The translations under genes and the position numbers were made by a program. Shown in pieces: positions 55,105-62,654 of a DNA stretch of 64,000 nucleotides; position 1 is the stretch's first letter; every line of letters starts with the position of its first letter. The stretch is taken from the NCBI GenBank assembly GCA_003569365.1, contig BGOS01000003.1, positions 192,315-256,314 of the forward strand. Reading direction: 5' to 3'. The notes below the pieces were generated by a model that saw nothing but the letters and a program-made list of their open reading frames with translations, made no database searches and was not told the DNA's origin. The stretch is from Anaerolineaceae bacterium. GTDB taxonomy: Bacteria; Chloroflexota; Anaerolineae; Anaerolineales; UBA11657.

Positions 55105-55536
55105 ATGGCGGAATATATTCCGAGTCCGAGCGCGTGGGTGCGGGAGCAGGTGGAGCTGTATGAGCGCACGAATGGCGCGGAGGGCAGCACAGATGCGGCG
55201 GGGCAAGCGGTGATTATTGTGACGAACACCGGCAACAAGAGCGGGGCGGTGCGCAAGACGCCGTTGATGCGCGTGTGCGATGGCAAGCGTTATGTGCTGG
55301 TGGGGTCGAAGGGCGGCGCGCCGGAGGATCCGCTGTGGGTGTACAACTTGCGGGCGCAGCCGCTGGTGGAGATCCGCGATAAGGCGCAGGTAATGGCGAT
55401 GCGCGTGCGCGAGGTGGCGGATGCGGCTGAGCGCGCGCGCTTGTGGGCGCTGGCGGTGGCGGCGTTTCCGATTTATGCGGAGTACCAGCAAAAGACGCAG
55501 CGGCAGATTGCGCTGTTTGTGGCGGAGGCGCTGTAG
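55105..55536 (+). CDS. Deazaflavin (F420)-dependent nitroreductase-family (DDN-like) oxidoreductase
   Basis: ATG at 55105, 6 nt after GGGAGG. Motifs GNKSGAVRKTPLM, GSKGGAPEDPLWVYNLRAQP, FPIYAEYQQKT. Confidence 0.8.
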   Translation: MAEYIPSPSAWVREQVELYERTNGAEGSTDAAGQAVIIVTNTGNKSGAVRKTPLMRVCDGKRYVLVGSKGGAPEDPLWVYNLRAQPLVEIRDKAQVMAMRVREVADAAERARLWALAVAAFPIYAEYQQKTQRQIALFVAEAL

Positions 55537-55619
55537 CTGACGGTGGAACTGCTGCGCGCGGCGCAGCAGCTTTTGTTGCTTGCAGGTTTTAGTTTTTGGT
55601 TTTAGCAAGTGAGGCAAAT

Positions 55620-56588
55620 ATGAAGTTTATGAATTTGGGGCGCTCGGGACTTTCGGTGAGCCGGCTGTGTTTGGGCACGATGAACTTTGGGCCGGAGACG
55701 GATGAGGCCAGCGCGCACGCGATTATGGATGCAGCGCTGGCGAGTGGCATTAACTTTTTTGACACGGCCAACCGCTATGGTGCGCCGCAGCCCGGGCGCA
55801 CGGAGGAGATTATGGGGCGCTGGTTTGCGAAAGGCGGCGGCCGGCGCGAGAAGGTGGTGCTGGCGACAAAGCTGTACGGCGAGATGAATCCGTGGCCGAA
55901 CAACAAGTGGCTGTCGGCGCTGAACATCCGGCGCGCGTGCGAGGCAAGCTTGAAGCGCATGCAGGTGGATTACATTGACCTGTACCAGATGCACCATATT
56001 GACCGCAGCACGCCGTGGGAGGAGATCTGGCAGGGGCTTGAGCTGCTGGTGGCTCAGGGCAAAATTATTTATGCGGGCAGCAGTAATTTTGCGGGCTGGC
56101 ATCTGGCGCAGGCGCAGGCGGCAGCAGCCAAACGCAATTTTCTGGGGCTGGTGTCGGAGCAGGCGCTTTACAACCTGGTGGTGCGCGATCTTGAGCGCGA
56201 GGTGATTCCGGCGGCACTGTTTTACGGGATTGGGATCCTGCCGTGGTCGCCGCTGAACGGAGGGCTGCTGGGCGGTGTGCTGAAGAAGGAGCGTGACGGC
56301 AAGCGCCGGCTGGCGGGGCGCGCGCAAGAGTCATTTGAAAAAATCCGGCCGCAGATTTTGCAATATGAGGAGCTGTGCGCTGCAATCAAGCAGGAGCCGG
56401 GTGATGTGGCGCTGGCGTGGCTGCTGCAGCAGCCGGGTGTGACGGCGCCGATCATCGGGCCGCGCACACTGGCGCAGCTGGAGGCGGCGCTGGTGGCCGA
56501 GCAGCTGGAGCTGAGCGCGGAGGTGCTGGCGAAGCTGGATGCGATCTTCCCCGGCTACAAAACTTCGCCCGAGGATTTTGCGTGGTAG
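55620..56588 (+). CDS. Aldo/keto reductase
   Basis: I chose the ATG at 55620 (MKFMNLGRSGLSVSRLCLGTMNFG). Motifs FFDTANRYG, DLYQMH, GSSNF. Confidence 0.9.
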   Translation: MKFMNLGRSGLSVSRLCLGTMNFGPETDEASAHAIMDAALASGINFFDTANRYGAPQPGRTEEIMGRWFAKGGGRREKVVLATKLYGEMNPWPNNKWLSALNIRRACEASLKRMQVDYIDLYQMHHIDRSTPWEEIWQGLELLVAQGKIIYAGSSNFAGWHLAQAQAAAAKRNFLGLVSEQALYNLVVRDLEREVIPAALFYGIGILPWSPLNGGLLGGVLKKERDGKRRLAGRAQESFEKIRPQILQYEELCAAIKQEPGDVALAWLLQQPGVTAPIIGPRTLAQLEAALVAEQLELSAEVLAKLDAIFPGYKTSPEDFAW

Positions 56589-56798
56589 GGCTGTGACAAC
56601 GATTAGTCCCAAACCTGATGAAGAGTGGTAGTGCGGCGCGAAGGGCGCTATAATTTGCGGAGATTATTTGAGGAGGGGCGGTGAGTGTCGGCGCGGGTTG
56701 GCGGGCTGGTTGCGCCCGGTGTCCGGTAAATTTCGGCAAGCCGCAAGCTGCGTGTGGATGGCGGGTTATTTTATTTTTTTTGAAACTAAGGAGCTAAC

Positions 56799-57173
56799 AT
56801 GAACGAAAAAGAATTGGTACTCTTGTGGAATGACAAGCGCAGTCAAATTACGGCGGCGCAGATGGGTCCGACCATCATCTTGGCTGGTGTGCTGGTTTTG
56901 CTCGCAGTCGGCAACATCGGTGCCATGAGCGCAGCGGCGAAGTATTTGGTGCTGGGCATTGTGGCTGCTTCCGGAATTCTGGCGTCAGTGACCCAGTTCG
57001 CTGCGGCGCGCGAGGGCCAGTCTGTGTGTGCGGATCTGGCTGCGCTGGGTCCAAAGACCGCGGTTGGCAAGGGCGTAGCAGGATCGGCTTCAGCCATCTC
57101 TGTTTTCGGCGGCCTGGTAGTGGTGTTGGACTTGGTGGTGTTTCTGCTGGCAGCGAACTTGCTGTTGTCGTAA
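56799..57173 (+). CDS. Hypothetical small membrane protein (124 aa, ~3 TM)
   Basis: ATG 7 nt after AAGGAG. Hydrophobic segments GPTIILAGVLVLLAV, YLVLGIVAASGILASV, VFGGLVVVLDLVVFLLAANLLL. A strong terminator follows. Confidence 0.6.
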   Translation: MNEKELVLLWNDKRSQITAAQMGPTIILAGVLVLLAVGNIGAMSAAAKYLVLGIVAASGILASVTQFAAAREGQSVCADLAALGPKTAVGKGVAGSASAISVFGGLVVVLDLVVFLLAANLLLS

Positions 57174-57223
57174 CTGCGGTTTTGTAGCACGGCAGCGCTT
57201 GGGCTGCCGGTTTACTAGTTGAT

Positions 57224-57282
57224 CCGGGCCGGCAGGCGCCGGGCGCTTGAGCGCCGGCGCTTTGCCGGCCCGGTTTTGCTTT
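57224..57282 (+). terminator. Rho-independent terminator (long imperfect GC hairpin + T-tract), preceded by a smaller hairpin at 57190-57209
   Basis: CCGGGCCGGCA..GCGCCGG..GCGC-TTGA-GCGC..CGGCGC..TGCCGGCCCGG (about 21 paired bp) followed by TTTTGCTTTG. Upstream, the 7-bp hairpin CGGCAGC-GCTTGG-GCTGCCG is followed by GTTT. Confidence 0.6.
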
Positions 57283-57339
57283 GCGGTGCGCTGCCACAAA
57301 TGCGTTAGGATGTTATGCGCCTGCGAACACTACTGATTG

Positions 57340-57927
57340 ATGATGAACACTGCTGAAAGAACTTCCGAAACGCACCCGATTGAGGTGGGCTGGCTAAGCG
57401 ATCTGTGGCCGGGGCGCGTGGGCTTAACCCTAGCGCCGGGCAAGCAGCAGCCGGGTGGTCTTAGCGGCGCCTGGATGCGCAACTTGGAGCTGGACCTGCA
57501 ACGACTGCGCACTGTATATGGCGCGCAGCATCTGGTGTGCCTGCTGGAGGATCGCGAGCTTGTGAAGCTGGCGATTGGCGAGCTGCCGCAGCGCGCGGCA
57601 GCAAACGGGCTGGAGTTTCACCGCTTGCCCATCCAGGATGGCAGCCTCCCGGCGGAAGTTGGTGCGGTGCGCGAGCTTGTAGTGCGCATCTGCAGCTGGG
57701 CTGCGGCGGGGCAGACGACGGTGATTCATTGCATGGGCGGGCTGGGGCGCGCCGGCACAATTGGCGGCTGCGTGCTGCGCGCAGCCGGCTTGGATGCGCC
57801 CGCTGCTTTTGCAGCGCTGCTGGCGGCGCGCGGCGTGAACTGTCCGGAGACAAATGAGCAGCGCCTTTATGTGCAGCAGTTTAGCGTGGGACAGGGGGTT
57901 TGCCGCAAAAGCTATACGGGCCGATAA
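57340..57927 (+). CDS. Cys-based protein tyrosine/dual-specificity phosphatase (CDKN3-like)
   Basis: CX5R P-loop VIHCMGGLGRAGTIGG. Start is ATG 57340 (or TTG 57337). Confidence 0.8.
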   Translation: MMNTAERTSETHPIEVGWLSDLWPGRVGLTLAPGKQQPGGLSGAWMRNLELDLQRLRTVYGAQHLVCLLEDRELVKLAIGELPQRAAANGLEFHRLPIQDGSLPAEVGAVRELVVRICSWAAAGQTTVIHCMGGLGRAGTIGGCVLRAAGLDAPAAFAALLAARGVNCPETNEQRLYVQQFSVGQGVCRKSYTGR

Positions 57928-57929
57928 CT

Positions 57930-58799
57930 TCACTCTTCGTATTGCTCGACGATAACAGCGATTAATTTTGTGACAATTATGTTTTGTGATTTCAGGTCAG
58001 CTGCGGTGAGATTGAATACTAACCGATCATTGTTTTGCTCTGCTTCAAGTCCAGCTTCTTGAATTTGACTGACATTTGCAGCGTTCCAGGCATTTGGCAT
58101 GATTACTCGCAAGTGGTTCTTGCGCGGCCGAAAATGAATGAAGTTTCTTGATCGCTCTCCGTCTGACAGTCCAATGTAATGCTTGTTGAAGTTAAGTTGG
58201 TATGTTGTCTTGGTGTGCTGGTTAATTATTTTTAGGACTTCGTCTGCCGTTTGCATGACAGTTGCAGAACTGCGCTTGACCCAGTCTTCCCGGTCTGATG
58301 GTGCTGGGCGCACCTCTGTTACATCGTCGCGCCGCAGCGAGCGCTGGTCAAGGACGGTGGTGAAGCTGAGGATGACTTTGTCGTCAATACTTAGGGCTTG
58401 CAATTGAATTGCGATCAGGGGCAGCGTACCTGCTAATAGTGCAAGAACATTCAGAAAGCGGCTGGTTATATCTTCGGCCACAATTACAGCGCAGTGATCG
58501 TATGCGGGGTACCTGCGGCGTTCGATGTCCCAGTATTCCAAGCATCTAATAATGTGCGATTCATCGGTCGCACCGAGCATTAGTTCAACTTCATAGCGTG
58601 TGTCCGCGTCGGTATCTGCAAGGAGCAGGTCCAGCCGGCCAGCGCGATCCTGCTGGCGTTCGCGATCCAGTAGCTCAATTTCCCCGAGACCGATTATCGC
58701 GGGATTTTCTGCAATGCGGTCCTGAAGCCATTTCTCGTTCAGTTCCGCATGCCCTTTAAGTATGATGCGTTTATGTGGTGTATAGGTTAGCGTGGTCAT
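57930..58799 (-). CDS. Predicted PD-(D/E)xK (NucS/DUF91-like) nuclease-fold protein with a C-terminal DUF5655-like domain
   Basis: 289 aa, markedly low GC. N-terminal region NPAIIGLGEIELLDRERQQDRAGRLDLLLADTDADTRYEVELMLGATDESHIIRCLEYW fits the restriction-endonuclease-like pattern (D...E-x-[K/Q]). The C-terminal HYIGLSDGERSRNFIHFRPRKNHLRVIM resembles DUF5655. Both assignments are from memory. Confidence 0.65.
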   Translation of the reverse strand: MTTLTYTPHKRIILKGHAELNEKWLQDRIAENPAIIGLGEIELLDRERQQDRAGRLDLLLADTDADTRYEVELMLGATDESHIIRCLEYWDIERRRYPAYDHCAVIVAEDITSRFLNVLALLAGTLPLIAIQLQALSIDDKVILSFTTVLDQRSLRRDDVTEVRPAPSDREDWVKRSSATVMQTADEVLKIINQHTKTTYQLNFNKHYIGLSDGERSRNFIHFRPRKNHLRVIMPNAWNAANVSQIQEAGLEAEQNNDRLVFNLTAADLKSQNIIVTKLIAVIVEQYEE

Positions 58800-58835
58800 G
58801 GTGGGTTTCCTGTGTTGTGGGCTCTTAATGACTGG

Positions 58836-59720
58836 CTACGCTGCCGCTTCCGCATCCTGAATTTCCTTTAGCATGCGGCCGTCATCAGTTTTCCATGCGG
58901 TGCGCCCGTTTGATGCTCTGCCCAGCAAGACACCGGATGCAGTGGAAGGCGAGTTGAAGGTGTAATCCTGCGAGAGCGTTAAACCAGCACCGGCAGGTGC
59001 TGGGATGAGGACTCCTTGGCGCTGTAGGTCAGCCCGAATGGTGCGGAGATATTCCTGGGCTGATGCGGTGATATTGTCATCAATGACGGCCTGCGCGCCT
59101 TTGTAGACAACGAAGCCTGCGGCTGTATCCCGCCCCGAGGCTTTTATTCCGCGTGCGCTTAGAAAGAGTAAGTGTTTGTCAGTGGGCACCGTAATGGTTG
59201 TTTCAAATAGCGAGTACCCAACGAGCGGCAGGCACAAAAGCAGGTCGTCGAGGAATCCTTCCGCCGTTGCCGCGTCGGATTCCGACAGTGATGGTGCGCC
59301 GGGTAGAACTACGTTCTCGAGTACGCAGCGCTTGGCAGCTTGCGCCAGTTCCACGAGCCGGGATTCCAGCAACTGCACATGGGCTTTGTTGAGATTTGTA
59401 TCCTTACTGGTGAAGATTACGGCATGCGTCCAGAAGTCTTTTCTGTTTGCATGCTGTTCAAGGCGGGCTTTTACCGGATCGCCTTCGCCCACATAGAGGC
59501 GCGGTAGCGCAGAGGTCTCGTCAGGGCCAACCAGCAGATAAACGCCCGTGCGATTGAGTTCCTCGCGGTGCTTACTCTCGCCAAACATCGCGCGTGGGAT
59601 CACCAGGCCACGCCCGGTCCAGTTGGATTTTTCTACTACCTTGAGTCCTTCGGGATTGCCACCCGGAAGATAAACATTGACCGAGAAGGGGCGCCGCGTG
59701 TCGGTTGCTATTGGTGACAT
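58836..59720 (-). CDS. GIY-YIG nuclease-family protein with C-terminal DUF4357-like (methylase-associated) domain
   Basis: 294 aa. Motifs NRTGVYLLVG...LYVGEGDPVKARLEQH (GIY...YxG...R) and NLNKAHVQLLESRL. The C-terminus FNSPSTASGVLLGRASNGRTAWK resembles DUF4357. Confidence 0.75.
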   Translation of the reverse strand: MSPIATDTRRPFSVNVYLPGGNPEGLKVVEKSNWTGRGLVIPRAMFGESKHREELNRTGVYLLVGPDETSALPRLYVGEGDPVKARLEQHANRKDFWTHAVIFTSKDTNLNKAHVQLLESRLVELAQAAKRCVLENVVLPGAPSLSESDAATAEGFLDDLLLCLPLVGYSLFETTITVPTDKHLLFLSARGIKASGRDTAAGFVVYKGAQAVIDDNITASAQEYLRTIRADLQRQGVLIPAPAGAGLTLSQDYTFNSPSTASGVLLGRASNGRTAWKTDDGRMLKEIQDAEAAA

Positions 59721-59998
59721 GGTTTGACGGTTGCCTCTCTGAGGTTATTGCCTAGTGGGTTGTGTCTTTTGTGGCGCGGCGCGCTTGGTGATGGGTTGGT
59801 GAGCTATTGCACTTGGGCAATTTGTCGATATTCAGTTGTTTTTCCCGACAAGCAGTTGTACGCTGCAGCTGTGATGCTGTTCATCTGACTATTGTAATGC
59901 GGAGCCGTCCGTGGCTGGTGGGTGGGGTGATGTGCGTTGGGCGCGCCGTCGATTGACAGGTCCCATATACTCAAAGCGGGTATATTGGAGGCACGATA

Positions 59999-60262
59999 AT
60001 GACAAGCCGCCGGAAGGGATCATCCTTATTATGGAAAGCAGTGACACTGCCGCTTGGGTTGGGGTTAATTGTTGTGAAGGGCACTGCATTGCTTGGCCTG
60101 GTGGCGGGAGCTGCGGTGTATCACGGCGTGAAGGCCGCACGCCGTAGCGCGCAGTATGACAAACTTTCTAAAGAGCGCGCCCTGCTCTACGCCCGCTTGT
60201 CTGAGGCCGACCGGATAAAGTTCGACTTAGCCGAGGTCAAACGCAAGATTGACGGTCTTTAG
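59999..60262 (+). CDS. Small membrane protein (87 aa; TM hairpin + charged C-terminal helix)
   Basis: ATG 8 nt after GGAGG. Sequence LLWKAVTLPLGLGLIVVKGTALLGLVAGAAVY, then a KR/E-rich helix. Confidence 0.55.
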   Translation: MTSRRKGSSLLWKAVTLPLGLGLIVVKGTALLGLVAGAAVYHGVKAARRSAQYDKLSKERALLYARLSEADRIKFDLAEVKRKIDGL

Positions 60263-60443
60263 TGCGCGGAGGTGCCGCCGGGGAGTGTTGTTTGCGGTGC
60301 CAGCGGGGCTGGGCTTGCTGGCCGTGCCCATACTAAACAAGCCGGTACCATTGGCGGCTGCGCTGCTGCTGTGCGCGGGCTGTTGGACCCAAGCAGCATT
60401 AGGCGGGACTATTCAGACACTTTTTGCCGGGCTGTTTGAATAA
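60249..60443 (+). CDS. Possible very small membrane protein (about 52-64 aa)
   Basis: This ORF overlaps both neighbours. The likely start is GTG 60285, downstream of GGAGG (60268-72). Two hydrophobic segments. Weak call. Confidence 0.3.
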   Translation: MTVFSARRCRRGVLFAVPAGLGLLAVPILNKPVPLAAALLLCAGCWTQAALGGTIQTLFAGLFE

Positions 60444-62037
60444 GCCGGCCAGCCTTGCGCTTGCAGTGCTTTTGGCTGCGGGTGCCCTGTATGTATCCGC
60501 CAGCAGCGCAGCTGCCGCAACCGCCACAGCCACGCAGACGCCTGCCGGGCGTGCGACGGCCACCAGAACTCCACTGGCACCTAAATCTGTAGAGACAGCC
60601 ACGGGCACTGGCAAGAAAACTTCCGCTCCATCTGCAACCAAACTTGCGAATGGCACTGCCACCCGGTTACCCAACAAAACCGCCACCAAGCTAAAGGGTA
60701 AAAACGCCACTGCGCAACCCAACGCCACCGGGACGAAGGTACAAAACAAAATTGCAACCGCTGCGCCCAACAGCACCGCCACGCAAGCGCCCAATAAAGC
60801 TGCGCCGCGGCTGCCAACCGCTACAGCCGCCAGAAATGCCACGCGCGTGCAGCCCGATGCTAACGGGCCGGATGCAACGGGTGTGCCGACGGCGACGCCA
60901 ATGGCGCCTGCACCATCGCCAACGCGCATTCCGCTGCGGCCAAGTGCAACTGCGGTTGCAACGCGGCCGCCTGCGACATCTCAAGCCCCGGCGCTTACCG
61001 CCACGCCAGTGCCAACGGCGCTTGCGCCAGCTGCAACTGTGCCACCAGGTGGCGGCGCACCGCAGCCAAACATCCGCGGCAACGGCAGTGTGCCTGGTTA
61101 CGATCGCAGCTCATGGAAACATTGGGTGGATGCCGACCGTGACTGCCAGGACACGCGCGCCGAAGTGTTAATTGCCGAGAGCCTTGAGCCGGTGACGTTC
61201 ACCAGCAGCGCCAACTGTACGGTGCTGGGCGGGCGCTGGTATGACCCGTATACGAATGCTGTTTACACAGTTGCGCGTGAGTTGGATGTGGATCACTTTG
61301 TGCCGCTGGGTGACGCCCACAGCTCGGGCGGATCTGATTGGGCGCCGGACCGCAAACAGGACTACGCCAATTCGCTGGCCGATGCCGACCACTTGATTGC
61401 AGTGTCGGCGTCGGCCAATCGCGCCAAAGGCAGCCGCGCGCCGGATGAATGGAAGCCGCCCAATCAGGGCTACTGGTGTGAGTATGCTTATGACTGGATT
61501 CGTGTGAAGGCCGCGTGGGGGCTTTCTGTCACGCAAAGCGAATGGGTCGCTGTGAATAGCATGACGGCCACTTGCCCGGCTGGCTATACATATGCCAACG
61601 CTGCCAGCCAACCCGCTGCGCCCGCCGCTGCGCCCGCAACCGCGGTGGTGGTGGTGCCAGCCCCGCCTCAACCAACTGCAACGGCCGTGATAGTGGTTGT
61701 GCCAACAGAGGTGCCGGTTGTGGCAACTGCCGTTGTGGTGGCAACGGATGTGCCAGTGCCTGCGGCTGCGCCAACTGTTGCGCCCACCGATGTGCCCACG
61801 CCTGCGCCCGCTGCCACGGCCGTGGCTGCCGGCCAGTGCGCTCCCGGCCAGATTGATGTCAACAGTGCCGCGCTGGAGGACTTGCAGCGCATCATCCACA
61901 TTGGCGCTACGCGCGCGCAAGCGCTGATTGCGCTGCGGCCGTTCTCCAGCGTCAGTGATTTGGCGCGCATCAGCGGCATTGGCAATGGGACGCGCCTGGC
62001 CGCGATCAAAGCTGAGAATTTGGCGTGTGTGAACTAG
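60424..62037 (+). CDS. Secreted nuclease: signal peptide, T/A/P/N-rich repeat linker, DUF1524/GmrSD-C HNH-type endonuclease domain, A/V/P/T linker, ComEA-like helix-hairpin-helix DNA-binding domain
   Basis: 537 aa. Signal peptide ASLALAVLLAAGALYVSASSAAAA. Nuclease core YDRSSWKHWVDADRDCQDTRAEVL...DVDHFVPLGDAH...DHLIAVSASANRAKGSRAPDEWKPP. C-terminus IDVNSAALEDLQRIIHIGATRAQALIALRPFSSVSDLARISGIGNGT. Confidence 0.8.
   Translation: MPGCLNKPASLALAVLLAAGALYVSASSAAAATATATQTPAGRATATRTPLAPKSVETATGTGKKTSAPSATKLANGTATRLPNKTATKLKGKNATAQPNATGTKVQNKIATAAPNSTATQAPNKAAPRLPTATAARNATRVQPDANGPDATGVPTATPMAPAPSPTRIPLRPSATAVATRPPATSQAPALTATPVPTALAPAATVPPGGGAPQPNIRGNGSVPGYDRSSWKHWVDADRDCQDTRAEVLIAESLEPVTFTSSANCTVLGGRWYDPYTNAVYTVARELDVDHFVPLGDAHSSGGSDWAPDRKQDYANSLADADHLIAVSASANRAKGSRAPDEWKPPNQGYWCEYAYDWIRVKAAWGLSVTQSEWVAVNSMTATCPAGYTYANAASQPAAPAAAPATAVVVVPAPPQPTATAVIVVVPTEVPVVATAVVVATDVPVPAAAPTVAPTDVPTPAPAATAVAAGQCAPGQIDVNSAALEDLQRIIHIGATRAQALIALRPFSSVSDLARISGIGNGTRLAAIKAENLACVN
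60637..60852 (+). repeat. Degenerate in-frame tandem repeats (about 6-10 codons each) encoding N-x-T-A-T-x-x-P-like units
   Basis: TKLANGTATRLP / NKTATKLKGK / NATAQP / NATGTKVQNK / IATAAP / NSTATQAP / NKAAPRLP / TATAAR / NATRVQ. Six N-x-T sequons fall within 72 residues. Confidence 0.55.
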
Positions 62038-62076
62038 GAAATAGTTTTGGAAGGGTAACAGGAGGCTACTGATGGG

Positions 62077-62454
62077 TGATTATTCCTGGGTCTGATTGTC
62101 GTACTTGCATTGTTGGTGGCGCTATTCTTTATTTTTCGTGAAGTGCTTCTTTGGTACTGGAAAATTAACGAAGTTGTTGGACTCTTGACCCGAATTGCGC
62201 GGGCCCTGGAGGCAAACTCGCGTGTCCAATCAGCTGATGTAACGTTGCGGCGGCCTGTGCCGGACACATTCGTGACAGAAAGAAATGGAGATACGGAATC
62301 TCCGGGCAGTGCGACCGACCAACTTGCGGCATTGAGTGCTAGGATTGATGCACTGGTCGCGCAGCAAAAATTTATGGGTCCGGGGCAACCTAGGCGAAAG
62401 GTACTTCGCGACGAAATTGAAGAATTGCGTGCGCAGAGGAATAGAATGCTGTAA
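62077..62454 (+). CDS. Small single-pass membrane protein with C-terminal coiled-coil (about 125 aa)
   Basis: I extended the track ORF (62110) to the in-frame GTG at 62077, 11 nt after GGAGG. TM segment LFLGLIVVLALLVALFFIF, then REVLLWYWKINE and a helical tail. Confidence 0.5.
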
Positions 62455-62654
62455 TTGTGACTTGGCGCGCATGCGGTGCATTGGCAATATTCTGCGCTTG
62501 GTGTCTATGAATGCCGATAATCTTGGTTTGGGTATAGACGATGCAAAGGCCGCACATGGGCCGACTGTTGCGCCTGTGTATTACGATTTTGTTTCGTAGC
62601 TCGATTTTGATGATTGTCTAAGGTTAGATTTGTCGGCCACACTATAATGAGTAA

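Noticed and set aside
54079-55617. 512-aa minus-strand ORF spanning the MFS 3' end, the G-rich spacer and the DDN gene
   Set aside because: Extremely R/Q/H/P-rich low-complexity translation that crosses two well-supported plus-strand genes and an intergenic region. Not credible as a gene.
56740-56784. Calling the T-tract at 56768-56784 a rho-independent terminator
   Set aside because: The preceding sequence forms only 4-bp stems (CCGC/GCGG, CGCA/TGCG), too weak for an intrinsic terminator. Reported as an oddity instead.
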